Shown piece after piece: positions 38,513 to 51,232 of a stretch of 64,000 bases of DNA. The stretch comes from Lepidodermella squamata. Lineage: Eukaryota; Animalia; Gastrotricha. Within the stretch, counting starts at the first letter, position 1; the number at the start of each line of letters is the position of its first letter. The DNA lies in the NCBI GenBank assembly GCA_047495785.1, contig JBLDXI010000011.1, positions 930,001 through 994,000 on the forward strand, written 5' to 3'. The notes below the pieces were generated by a model, which was given only the letters and a program-made list of their open reading frames with translations, was not told where the DNA came from and did no database searches. A program made the translations under genes and the position numbers.

Positions 38513-41500
38513 GGCAGGACGTCAGAACAGCGACTGTCTAAAATAGCGAACGCGACAAAACAGCGAAAATGATAACAGCTGTCGACGTAACGGCGAAAGC
38601 GACAGAACAGCGAGGAAATATTTATATTTACCAGGATTGTTATATATTTCCATTGAAACGCGACATAACAGCCGATGCGCGTAACAGCTTTATGAATAAT
38701 ATGAAAATAACCACCACAATGTTCCCGCTTTTTATATAAACCGACCGCTATTTTCGAACGTGATTGCGAACACACATTTTAAGGTGGAAACATATGCGAC
38801 ACTGTTGATGGAGACTGTAAAATCCAAAAATTTTTATATTTTTCAATTTCGATTTTAAATTTAAATAATTTTTCAAATTTTGTGCTCGATTTTTTCCAAT
38901 TTTTTCCTCACAGATGGGTCGTAAAAAAGGTTCCAAGAACAAGCCTAAGCCGCCTGTAGTTGAGGCGACGCCTAGAATTACGTGTCGAAGGGCTGCTACA
39001 ACCGCCGTTCCTGTTCAGCCAACCGAGCAGAGTGCAAAACCGAAGAAATTTAAAAAATCAAAGAAGCAAGTAGGCGACAGTCCTGCCGCTGGAGTGCTAT
39101 TAGGAGCAGCGGCTGCTAATAATCTTGGTGAAACTGACATTAGCTACTCACAGCCCGGCTCATCCCAATTGCTGTCGACCTCGCCCAGCGTTGCCGAAGA
39201 TTCATTCATGATGGAACTGGCGCCCGTAGGACCATCGGCTGTTAAAGTTTCCACTCCCATAAATTTGCCAGAAAACGACGAGAACGCTCAGCTGACGTCT
39301 CTCGATGCGCTGCCGCCTCAACATTTTCTGGAGGAATTTCTTGGTTTGGCAGGTCATGAGCAGTTACCACCGCCACCTGGCTTCGAGTTAACATCGCCAT
39401 TATCATCATCGTCTGCTATAACATCGCAATCGCCAAGCGAGCTAGTCCCTACTGAGACTCCTTCGGCTTCCACGTCGAGACGCCGTGTTAATCGACCCGT
39501 CGTTAAACAAGGTCAAACCTTGTTCGTTTCAGCTTTAGCCGAGTTAGCTCTTGCCCCTGGCCGCACGGTTATTGAGTTCGAAAAGCCCACCTTGATCTCC
39601 AGCAACAAAAGGAAGGATCACCTGGTCTACCGCGGCTTCGAATACCGCGACCCGAACCCTCTAAAGAATGGTCACACTTCATGGCGCTGCTGTCGGATTT
39701 TTAAGACAACTGAGCCAATTGTGCCGAAAGAGGGCCGCGTTAGCAAAGCGAAATTCAAAACTAAGAGTTGTGAAGGAAGAGCGCTTTTTGACAGTGAAAA
39801 CAGGCCTGTTGATGAAGAAAAATGGCCTGAGCACGGACACGAGCCGGATAACGATAAAACTAGCGCCCGCGGTTTGCGCGACGAACTGAAGCACCGCGCC
39901 GGAAGCAGTCGGGACAAGCCTCGTGAATTACGGTCGGGTGTCGTCGAGGGTGTCGGCCTAGGTGTATTAGCGAGCTACTCAACGCCTATGCGAGCGAGTT
40001 CGAGCGAAAATTAATCCGCTGCCCACGGCGCCGCCGTCTGTCGCCGACATTGATCTCGCTCTAGTGCCTCACTTGTTAAAGACAACACGCGGTGACGACT
40101 TCGTCCTTTTCGACACAAATGGTGACGATAGGATAATTTGCTTCGGAACTAACAAGAACCTGGAACTGTTGAAGGAATGCCGGCGGATGTCTGGCGATGG
40201 CACATTTTGGATATCGCCGACGTTGTTTTCACAGGTAAATAAAATTGAAAATAAAAATAAAATTTGGAATTAAAATAAATTTGAAAAAAATAAAATTTAG
40301 AATTAAAATTTAATTGAAATAAAAATATTTTTTTTTTGAAAAATAAAGTCTTGAAAATAATTTGATTATTTTTTTGATTTTTTTTTTAATTTTTTTTAAA
40401 AAGTTGCATGAAATGAAATGAAACTATTTACAATGATTACAGGTCTATACCCTTCATGACGTGACTGAAGGCGCCATCTTTCCGGCCGCTTATGCCCTTC
40501 TGCCTCGTAAAGACGGCCCAATTTACGAAAAATCATTCGATAGACTTCGGCAAAAAATTCCGGATCTATATCTCGAACAGGTTACTCCCGATTTTGATTT
40601 AGCGGCGATTTCGAGTCTTGCGGCGATATGGCCTAATGCGATGATTCTCGGTTGCTTCTTTCACCTCTGCCAAGTAAGGAACTCGTTGATTTATCATTTT
40701 TTCTTTAAATTTAAATTTCGTATTTCTAGGCTGTTTATCGCAGAGTGTGCGCCTATGGTATGCAAGGTCTCTACAGCAGCAATGCGACTGTTAAGCGCTG
40801 GTGCAAATATCTACCTGCACTCGCCTTTTTGCCGCTCGATCAGGTCGCGTCTTCATTTTACGCGTTAGACGCCAAGGTCGCTGAAATTGCCGAAAAAGAA
40901 AATGCTCCTGGCCTCCTTCGCCTATACGAATATTTCGAAACATTCTATGTGGGCGTGTACCGCCACCGCATTTTGACGAAAAATCCAAGGTTCGATCCTG
41001 CCATTTGGACATGCTTTTTGAGGGCTTGTGCCGGCTTCCCGCTCACTGACAACGAAGCTGAAGTTTGGCACAAGGTCTTCCAAGACTTCGTAGACAAGCC
41101 GCATCCGTCCCCGTATGAACTGATCGCTTACTTCCGCAAGGAGCAAGACCTCTGCGACGCCCGGCTGCTGTCGCGTGCTAGCGGTTTAACATACAAAAGG
41201 TCCTATCCTCAAGAGGAGAAGGCAGCGGCGGCATTGAAAAAGATCTGCTTGTCTTTCGACACAGAAAAAATCAGCGATGTTGTCTCGATTGAGGCTTATT
41301 TGTATACTATTATTTTGCACTTTGAATTGAAAAGGGACAAGTACCGAAAAATACCAGTTGAGCTGCTGACCAATTAATCTTTGTTTAAAACAAATACTTT
41401 CAATTTGCTGGCTTTATATGATAATAAGCTAATCGCGATCGCTGTTTTGCGTTTCGCTGTTTTGACGCTAATTAAATAAATCGTGTATATACACCGTTGT

Positions 41501-41609
41501 CGCTAATGAGGAATTACGCTGTTACGTCGATCGCCGTTACGTCGCAGTACACAAAATGCTGTTATGTCGCGTTCGCTGTTTTAGACAGTCGCTGTTATGG
41601 CGGTCTGCC
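38513..41609 (+). mobile_element. Mutator-like (FLYWCH-MULE) transposon, 3.1 kb
   Basis: ~50-bp TIRs starting GGCAG, AACAGCG subterminal repeats, 8-bp TSD ATTGGATA (38505-12, 41610-17), transposase inside. Confidence 0.92.
38914..41377 (+). pseudogene. Spliced FLYWCH + MULE DDE transposase, frameshifted
   Basis: FLYWCH-like LVYRGFEY..WRC..C..EHGH; DGTF..P..FSQ|VYTLH; DF(D/E)LAA; GCFFHLCQ; ALAFLP; TDNEAEVWH. Introns at ~40235-40443 and ~40674-40729; frameshift near 39975-40010. Confidence 0.88.
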
Positions 41610-41707
41610 ATTGGATAACCATCTTCAGGAATTAGTTAAGAAATTAAATCGAAATTTGAAGTTGAAATAATAATTAAGGTTGATGTTTTTGAACATATTG
41701 AAATTAT

Positions 41708-41840
41708 GGGTCAATACATATAAAATTCGATTAATCTAAAGAAAGTGCTACACTAATAATAGAAAATGTTCTCTACGTGCTTTTTCCTTTATTAGTGTAG
41801 GACTTTCTTTATATTAATCGAATTTTATATGTATTGACCC
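41708..41840. mobile_element. 133-bp near-palindromic Harbinger-like MITE
   Basis: GGGTCAATACATATAAAATTCGATTAAT TIR, 3-bp TSD TAT; mirror copy at 53011-53143. Confidence 0.75.
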
Positions 41841-41894
41841 TATGATCCGATTAGCCATTGATCTTCTTCTTGCACTTCTCATGGAATATCTGTT

Positions 41895-42240
41895 CTAAAC
41901 AACCCATAATGGTTCTAAGCCAATATTTAACCTTTGTTCCTGCGTGGTAGTTAGGTTCCAGGTTTCACAAGCGTAGGTTACAGTAGGAATTACCACACAT
42001 TTAAAAACTTTCAATTTTGTGGCTAGGCAAATATGTCTGTTACACATCAGCTTGCTAAGAGCACCGAAACAGCTGCCAGCTTTGATTTCCTCGTCCACTT
42101 TACCGTCTGATGTGATGATACTACCTAATATTTTAAAGATGTAACCTTTTCCAATAATTTTCCATCTAGTTCCAGTTGATAATTTTTATCCTCGCCGATC
42201 AACATATACTGGGTTTTGCTAACGCTAATTTTCTGACCGA
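41895..42240 (-). pseudogene. RTE-clade non-LTR reverse transcriptase C-terminal fragment
   Basis: TKLKVFKCVVIPTVTYACETWNLT is typical of RTE ORF2; mirror copy at ~52610-52956. Confidence 0.75.
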
Positions 42241-42570
42241 GCTACTGGCAATACAAGCCGAAATACAAGCCCAGGCGGCACTCTTTGTCGGCACTTTGAT
42301 GTTCTTTGCAGTGCCGCCTGGGCTTGTATTTCGGAATTTACGGTAAGTAAAAAACCTGCAAAAAGACGTTTTTATTGACCTGGAGAAGGCCTACGACCTG
42401 ATCGATCGCGAAAAGGTCTGGGCTGAATATTTACGGTACCTTGTCGTCATCATCCGATCGCTCACCGTCAGCTAATAAAGAATTTTCATCACTTATCAAC
42501 AAGTTGTAATCATTTTGCGTTGTTTTATCCTCCGAATTAGGGGTAGTATCGATGAAATAAATTGTTGAAA

Positions 42571-43295
42571 TATAACAGTTGAAATCAGTTGGAAAGGCTC
42601 TCAACTGCAAAGCATAACGATCTAATAAAGGCCCACAAAACTTCCGGGAATTTTTAGTAATAGCAAACAATTCACCACTTTTAGGCGGCCCTTTTTACTG
42701 ACGGCCTTTGGGCACGTGCCTTCTATGCGTTAATCCGGCCTATGCTGCGCGTTTCAAAAAGCGGCATGACTCATGCATATCAGACTAGTGGGGCTGACGC
42801 GACTTGGCCTTGCTTGCATTCACCTATAGCCGCATGTCATCTCCTGCCATGGCCTGTCGGAATGAGGTCCATTCGGCATGGCCCCTCTTGCCTTTGTGTA
42901 GTATTGCGTGGAACCCCAGTAACATCTCGTCTTTCCCCATTTAGTCTGTCCGGTTGGAAACGGTTGAAAACACAGCTTTCATCTTAATTTGAGAACCTGA
43001 CATGAACAAGGTTCATAATAGATGTTCTCATCTATTCTCTATACTTCAATAGCTAATTACAATAGTAATAGTAATATATTGCTCCATTGAAGTTAATTGG
43101 CGTTGCTTGTCAACGCAACTTGATTAATTATTTGAGACCTTACTTAAGCAAGTTTTTCATTTCGAAAATACCGTTCGTGCTATTGTCTTGCAACTTTGAG
43201 ATTAAAGAGGAATTATTTCCAAGTAAACATGTAGAACCACTCAGAGAATTGAGAAACAGCACAAATGCGTGTTTTGTCTAATAGAGAGCCTTTCA
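42571..43295 (-). repeat. Repeat A, copy 2 (inverted; right end of unit 1)
   Basis: Reverse complement of ~34361-35103. Confidence 0.9.
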
Positions 43296-43317
43296 GAGCC
43301 TTTGTAGGAGCCAAATG

Positions 43318-43944
43318 ATGTGTTGCATCATGGCTTTGGGCCCGGAAATTTTAGCTAGATTGAAGCCATTTCTTATCATTTGAATAACTTCGTCAGACAT
43401 CGACTTCCTGGAAAATTAGGATTGAAATAAGAAATGGTGAACATTTTTTTTTATTTACATGAGCTTTCAGGCACACACTGATGTTCATAGCGACAACCCT
43501 AGGTCATTCATCATTCATCGTCATTCATCGTGTCGAGTGTGTTCATGGTCATTCGTGAAAATACTGACCTCGTTGCTAGTTGCATGCCACAAAAGCCGGG
43601 CTTCATGGTAACATGTACATTCCTTATCCTTCCCGCGACCGCCCATAGTACGTGTAGACACTGCCGGCTCGGAACGTTTGAGCAGAACGTCTGAGCGAAT
43701 ACAGCTTAGAACCACGGCGACTTGCCATGACCGAAAGCACGTTCTTCGCCTCAACCATGCCCTGGGCGATACCAATCAGCGACCAAACTTGCCTTTGACC
43801 TCGTTTTCTCGTCGTTGACGCGGGCTCATCATTTTCAGGATCAACGATTTGGTCATCGTTTACATCGTTTACACCAGAGAGGTCTTGCAATAACTGCTCC
43901 TCATTCTCTTCTTCATCACTAACATACTCTCTGAGCAAATCCAT
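43318..43944 (-). pseudogene. 5' remnant of a second transposase-like gene (acidic N-terminus, C..C..HxH Zn motif, helical domain)
   Basis: MDLLREYVSDEEENEE..., frameshift, KECTCYHEARLLWH...NDHEH, short intron, SMSDEVIQMIRNGF..GPKAMM; overlaps the inverted copy at 50524-50940. MULE affinity is inferred. Confidence 0.45.
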
Positions 43945-45388
43945 TTTATAATTCACGAAATAAAATGATACATGCTGATAATAAACGAAATCGCAGAAAA
44001 AGTGCCACGTTGAGCTCATGCACCACGTGCCGCTGCCACGTGTTTTTATGGTGCTTTCACAAATGCGTCCGACGAGCATCCGACGTTGTCCGACGTTTAG
44101 ATTTCCTTTCACAAGGCGCGCCCGAAGTTTAAACAATAGCGCGTTTGACGTTTGAAGTATTTTGCCATTTGTTGTTAAGCCACTCGGAACGGAAATACTG
44201 CAATAAAGCCTCGGCTTCTGGGACACATTGTGACTTTTGTAGCGCCCATTGTTGTAATTGCAATTTAAAAGTGTTTCCGCTAACGCACTCACGAACTAGT
44301 CACAATACGCTCACGTCGCGGAAGAACTCGCACTTTGGTTTTTTTTCTGATTACACTGCTGTCATGTACAGCTTCTTTGACTGTATTTTTTCGTACAGCG
44401 CATCTCGACAGTATTTTTTTGTACGGCAGACAGCAGTAGTATTTGTACAGTAAATCCCGGCCGTACATTGGCATACTGTAATCATACTGTACTGATGAGT
44501 ACTGCCAAAGTTCGTAGTTATTAGTACTGTCGAGTGCACTGTACATTTATGTACGGCGAATAACTCATATAACTGTACATAACATGTACAGCTGGGCTGC
44601 TGTACCGCAATCTACGGTTAATTACAGTAGTGGCTGTACAGTGAAAATCGTGGGATAAATGTAAAAGTATAGGGCTAAATCGATAGGTCATGTGTAATGA
44701 ACGCGTTTGTATAAAGCTTATATGCTCATCGTTTTTTACTCATTTCAGAGGCTGGTATTTGTTACCGGGAAGCCGGCCTTACTTTACGGCGGCGACAAAT
44801 GATCTAGCGGGACGCATATCATTATAATAGCGTAAAGACATTTCTTTTATCACGTCATTCTTTTGTCCTTATCCGAATCAGTGAATTATAAATGGTATTT
44901 GATGGACTGATTCAATGATTGATTGACCAATATTAGTGTGCTATTGAATCGTCAGTGCTGATATTTGTTGTCAATACGCCGCACCTTATGGCAGAATTGA
45001 AAGCAAGATTTGGATTCAAGTTTCCGCTAGCAAGCTACCGTACTGCCCGGAACAAAGACCATGGCACTTATTTTTTTCAATTTATTTTTTCGTATCACCT
45101 CTAACCCCTGACACTAAATTGAGGCTGCCATTTATTCGAGGCCGACAGTTTTTCGGGCAGTCCGGTATCAGCTTATTTCCGATTTCTCGATTCTGTTGAA
45201 TTCATTGAAAATGACCTGTTCAGATGCTACATGAACGAACTAGGATGTCGTTATATTAATCAGTACGCCCGCGAAAGATTATGTAAAAAAACCTTGAGTT
45301 CAATTTTGCCATCATGTCAGCGGGGACTTTGTTTTTGGGGACTTGCCTTTTCATATTTTCATTTGTACGATTTTTGACCTTTTTTGGC

Positions 45389-46800
45389 GGGTGAGGTAAA
45401 ACCTGTCGCCCAAAAAGGTAAAAGTTCGCCCCATTTGTGTCGCCCAAAAATAAATAAAGTCGCCCTCATTGCGAGATCGCTGCACTAATCCACCTTAATC
45501 CGCCCCTTAAGGCGAAAGGCTGCACCTGACTGATAATCAGTCGCCTTGAAATATAAAACGTTAAAATACGAAAATCGCAAATGTGATGATGATGCCTATT
45601 AGCCGCACCTCTATTCCTTCATTTGGTATCAGTATAACATCGCCTGAACCGGTATTTGAACCAAAATACCTATCACCTGGGTATCAGCGCGGACGATTTA
45701 TTGGGACACTTTGGCTATCTGAGTAGTAAAGCAATAGCCGTAAAAGCAATAGCCTCTAATGCTTGAGCGGGGACATAATATGTCATATTATTAGGACATA
45801 AGACACTTACCAATCGTCCACCGGCCAGGTTTTGGGGCGGCTTTATGTTCAAGGCATGCTACAAGCCGAACAAAACGTGGAAGCTTTGGTAGTGTCTCTT
45901 CAAGCATTTTATTACTACTTGCACACCGCGTTGAAGTTCACACACCCGCTGCGCCCCTCGCACGCCTGTCGAAGGTTGTTGCAAGCTCGCCGCGTTAAAG
46001 CGACTTGCCGGGAATCAAGGAATTATCTGCGTTCGAGTGTTTACACGCCGGATCAGCTACGTTTGAAGGACTCGATGTCCGGTCACTAAACTGGGCCGCT
46101 AAGATCACAACGCGCAACATGCAGTTACTACCTGTAATAAATAGGAACTAACTTGGCTGTTCAGTTTGTCTAACAGCTATTAGAATAATAATGCTATTTA
46201 AGAGCTAAGACCAATTACGAATAGCGATCGCTATCAGATCGCTCAACAACTAACCTATAGCGCTTGGAGGAATGTACTATTACTCCAAGTGCTATGGTAG
46301 ACCGTGCTATTAGGTACTATCGCCCATCAGCTGCTATCATCAACGTCTTATTCGAACATTTCATATTTGATATCAGTGCGTCGCAAACGTTTTTCACCAT
46401 CGGCATTTTTGGCGGCCGGAAAGCCTTAACTCCGGCCACAATTTTGGCTGAAAATAGTGCAAAACAAGCTGATTTTCGGGTTTTGATCATGCGAAACTAA
46501 GGCATCCGGCCGCGTTCCAGCAATTATTTGAGAAACTGCCCAGCCGGCCGCGGCCGGAAAAAAATCCGAGTTTGCGGAGAACTGATTTAAATGAAAAATG
46601 AGCTAAAAGCCGCCCAAGTTGAATAAATGAAATTGGGCGGTGGTGGTGAACCAACGAGAGCGTCTTTGTTTACTTTGAGGGCGCGCCTCTTCAAAATGAG
46701 GGCGCGCCTATTTAAACGAGGGCGCGCTATTATTAAATGAGGGCTGAGATTAAACGAGGGCGAACTTTTACCTGTTAGGGCGGCAGATTTTATTTTACCG
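45389..46800 (+). mobile_element. Non-autonomous Mutator-like element, copy 2
   Basis: Full-length diverged match to 19161-20611; its own 9-bp TSD TTTTTTGGC (45380-88, 46801-09). Confidence 0.88.
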
Positions 46801-46949
46801 TTTTTTGGCTGTGATTTTAGTTCAGGGATGGATTTTGAAGAATAAAGATTTGATGGGGCAAAAAAGCTTGATTTCAGGGATTCCGGCAATAAACATTATG
46901 GGGAAAGTGACCCGTATGTGCAAACATACAGAAATTCATCAGAAAATTC

Positions 46950-47079
46950 CAGGGATGCAAAACATGCGAAAATAGCGCACTTGGCGTGCGGGAAATTTTT
47001 GAAAAATTACCGTAAATTGCCGAAAGATTTGCTGAAATGGGTCAACATTTTGAGAAAGTGCGCAGGTTTTGCAGCCCTG
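46950..47079. mobile_element. 130-bp hAT-like MITE
   Basis: CAGGGATGCAAAAC ... GTTTTGCAGCCCTG; TSD GAAAATTC/GAAATTTC (1 mismatch). Confidence 0.7.
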
Positions 47080-47220
47080 GAAATTTCGAGTTGAAATGAT
47101 CTGTGATACGAGTTAAAACTTGATAACAATGAAGCCCAATGCTAGATTTCGGGCAGCAAGTTTCTTGGACATGTTTTCCCGCGTTTTTGGGGTTGATTCT
47201 AGATTCTAGCATCTAGCTTA

Positions 47221-47676
47221 TGTCGTGGTCTAATAAGCAATTTAGTTGAATTGGAGTTTAATAGGCAAACCTTTCAAAAACCAGTTTATAATGCAATGAA
47301 AGACATTTATTGCGTAAAACATTACCTCCCTGTAGGGGGCTGAGGTTTTTAACAACCCACTAGATTGATAGCGTCCAACAGTGTTGGAAATGCATTTTTA
47401 GGTATTTTTGCGCCATATTTCATTCAGGAAAATTAAATTCTTTAAGGTGGAGTTATTGCACTCTCAGCGAAATACAAGTGACAGAACAGCCAAGAAAACC
47501 ACTCCCGATCGTCTTCAGGGCTGAGTTCTCTACATTTTCACGAAGTTGCATAATAGTTTGACATTTGAGCCAAATGCTTGGTATAGGATTCATTATTACA
47601 GGATATTCAACTAGTTTTTTGAGCAAATAGGCAAAAAACTTGGGAATCCAACTAAATTGCTTATTAGACTACGACA
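47221..47676. mobile_element. Inverted-repeat element (TGTCG...CGACA), copy 2
   Basis: ~30-bp TIRs; diverged copy of 12632-13077. Confidence 0.6.
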
Positions 47677-48578
47677 GGGATCAGGAGATTATTTTAGAGG
47701 GCGGTGGATTTGATTTTGATTTTGATTTCAAATAAAATCCCCAACAGTGCATTAGATATGGGATGCGTCGACAAAGAGATATCAGTTTAGCAGCATTTTC
47801 ATATGTCTGACAGTACTTTGTACTACGGTACTATGCTGTGTTATCATATATACTGCAAGCCGTACTATCAACTACGGCTGGATGCTGGATACCGTACAAT
47901 CATACCCTGTGCAGCAAGTGCACGTTTTTTGCGAAATACTGCGAAGTTCCAGTGGGAATTGCAGGAAACTGCCTGAAAACGCCGTTTACTGTCATTTTCA
48001 TCTTTTTTCGAAACTTACTGCAGTTTTGAAGGAACCAAAAAGCCCCATATTTGAAGCGTGGCGTAATTACGCAACAGGCTGAGGCTTGTGTGCACAAATG
48101 TTACAAAATCGAGGCTAAAACATGAAAGATACGACGTAGATAAAACACCGCAATAATAAAGGCATTATTTCGTACAATTAAATTTCGTGGAACCTCGATT
48201 TTCAGAGGGAAAGCGGGCGGATGCGCAATGATTGACGTGCTGGGAAATAAGCTAAGAGATTTGTTTGCGAAACAATTTTTTGCAAAAAAACGAATCTTGG
48301 ACGGATTAAAATTTACATTACATTGTGGAACCACTGCTAAGTTGAACCTTGGCGCGCACGCTGATTGGTCAATTTATCGTTGCTAATGACTCCGGAATGA
48401 AACATTTCCGTCGTGCGATCCACTAATAAATTATTTTACATTTATTAAAATGACCTTGCCACACCCTCTGCCCAGTTTCCATTGACCACGAGCGTAAACT
48501 CCATATTAAATGTGGTAAATTGCTGCGGCAAAAACACACTTGTTGCAAAAAATCTTATGGATCGCACGACAGAACGTT

Positions 48579-49300
48579 TCATCCGGGAGTCATAGCAACG
48601 ATCGATTGACCAATCAGCGTGAGCATTGTGTTGTGGTCACACAATGTAGATGGATGGCGATCATGGGCAATTTCGGCTAAATTAGCGATTACATAAAGGC
48701 CGCAGTCATTGGAATTAATTTGACGAGAGCAAGAAGTAATAAATACGGTTATGAAACCGTCCGCATCGATGTGCGGACGATAGACGATAGCACTCAGCGA
48801 GTTGTTTCTTCGCGTGATTCGACAGTTGTCCAATCGACCATTGTCCAATCACCAACAGGAACGAGTTTACAGCCCATCTGGTCGAAATTGATAACAAGCT
48901 CCGGCGGAACGCCGTTTTCGAGTGCGAGGCGGCGAATTGTCTGGCGAAACTCGGTGATAATTGATAATAACAGCGTCTTACCTCCTGAATGTGCTGATCT
49001 GTCGAATCAGGCAACATAAGAGAAGCACCGGATTCCTTGGGAAGGCTAGTCACTTCTTCAGGAATTTCGTTAGCGGCAGTAGCTTTGAGGCGCGCACGAT
49101 ACTGGTCCCTAATGCTGCGACACGTTGACTCGTTTAGCCGCGAGCCGACAATTGGCGAAAACTTGCAGGCGGCTGTGGCCGGCCCGTGTTCGGCCGCTAC
49201 TTTCGCGATCTGGAATCGTTGCTCTTCAGTCAGCCAGATATATTTCTTGCCGACGCGGTTGCTAGTAGTGATGGGCGTGCCGAAATTGTCGATGTTTTCA
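48579..49300 (-). pseudogene. pogo-like transposase N-terminal HTH remnant joined to a Ulp1-like protease fragment
   Basis: KYIWLTEEQRFQIAKVAAEHG...LNESTCRSIRDQY (pogo-type HTH); downstream RQINSNDCGLYVIAN (Ulp1 QxNxxDCG motif); frameshifts. Confidence 0.6.
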
Positions 49301-49493
49301 GAAATAGCCGCGTTCGCAGCAGTTAATGAAGTCAACGGTACGGTCGGGGCATCTTCTCTTGTCACGTGAAAACTTTGTTTCGGTATAGGCGAGAAAAAAG
49401 CAGTAATGTGTCTCATTGCAATTAACAAGATAATCAAAATTATTAGACAAGATTAGCCTAGCGTAAGCTGAAAATCCAGGCGAGCGACGCATT

Positions 49494-50520
49494 GATCTGC
49501 TCGCTGCTGCTCGAAATACTGTGGAGAGCCGGCATCCGAGGAAAAGTCCATGCCCTCATTCGATCATTCCTAACTGATGGATGTTTCCGCGTACTAGTGG
49601 CGGGTGCAGCATCAAGTGATCGTCCAGAAGCCGCAGGAATATGCCAGGGCAGCGCACTAGGACCATCGCTATGGCTCGTATTCTATGGTGGAATTAGTCG
49701 CTCGGTGACCCGGCCGAATAAAGAAATCGACTACGACCCACCAGAGCCTTACACGTTCGCCGACGATTTTAACTTCGGCAGCTCATCACAGGCCAACGTC
49801 GACATCGCAGAGGCAAACGCAACCGAGTGGGCGCAGTCGCACCGGGTGTCGATGGACCCAAAAAAGCGCATCGATACCACGTTCTCGTACCCACGCTTTA
49901 GGTGCAGCGCAAGAAGTCAGACAGCTGAAGACCCAAATCCTGTAGATCACGCTGGTGCAGAAACAACGACCTTACTAGGCCTAGTCCTGGATACTGGCCT
50001 ATCAATGGAATCATGCATAACGAAAAAAGTGAGGCAAGCGAGCAAAGCGATCACCCAACCTATCTCTACAGCAACTCGAAAATGCCTACAAAACTTATGT
50101 GCTACCCTTTATCGAATTCGGTATGGTCCCGTACACGTTTGCGGCCTCAGAGAGTGTCCTCGAGAAGCTGAATGCGGTGCAACAACGATTCTGCTCAGCG
50201 ACAGGGGCGAAACTTGTGCCACTGGGAAAAAGAAGATTCGTAGGAGTCATGACCTACCTATATAAAATGGTCGTGGCAGGTCGATGGACCAAACAAGTCC
50301 GCTCAAAATTCAAGCGAATATTCAACAAGCGTGGTGTAACTCGAGCCGCAAAATCGAAGCATCAATATCAACTGATCCTGACAAAGCCGTCCACGCTTCG
50401 GTCCAACATCCGATGGAACAACCGATGGAAAGAATCAACAAAATCATTCAAAAGTGGAATGAAATCCCGAAAGATTGTTTCCCGGCCACTGTCGACATTG
50501 AACATTGAACATTTTAAACT
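49494..50520 (+). pseudogene. 5'-truncated non-LTR retrotransposon (RT domain to C-terminus)
   Basis: GIRGKVHALIRSFLTD, GICQGSALGPSLW, FADD, LEKLNAVQQRF; frameshifted. Confidence 0.88.
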
Positions 50521-51232
50521 AATGATGGATGACCTAGGGTTGTCGCTATGAACATCAGTGCGTGCCCGAAAGCTCATGTAAATAAAAAAAAATGTTCACC
50601 ATTTCTTATTTCAATCCTACTTTTCCAGGAAGTCGATGTCTGACGAAGTTATTCAAATGATAAGAAATGGCTTCAATCTAGCTAAAATTTCCGGGCCCAA
50701 AGCCATGATGCAACACATCGAACGAGCATTTGCTGACATTGGCCGCGTACACGAACATTTCCTCGTGAAAAAACACGCAGTCAGATACCAACTTGAAAAG
50801 CTGAAAAATGCCGGGCGGGTGGCTAACTATCGATTTTATCGATTTTCACGAGACATTCGAAGAAATCGCCGGTGATGATCGAGCTTTTTCTCTCGCCGTT
50901 GAGACTTCGCCCGAAACAGCTACCCAAACCCAGAGTTTTGGGATCGTCTATCAACCCCGAGACTTATCTGGCACCTGGGGCATGGTGGTCCCGTACACAT
51001 AGACGGCTCCTACAAAGCTGAATTGGTCCGGCTTCCCAGTGTTGGTTATGGTACAAGCGACAAACAAAACTAATGAAATGAAACAAATGAAATGTTTTAT
51101 TTTTCGTCCTCCTCGGCTGTAAACGTCCGCGCCAAGGTACAAGCGACAAGGAACGTAAATATCGCCCTGTTGCGGTAGCCGTTACTGGAGGAGAGAGGCG
51201 GGAGGATTACCGTTTTGTCTTGAAGAGTATTA

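Larger units (their letters stand above)
34118..43512 (+). repeat. Left arm of large inverted duplication (unit 1)
   Basis: Colinear reverse-complement match to ~50524-61450; mirrored ORFs throughout the track. Confidence 0.95.
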
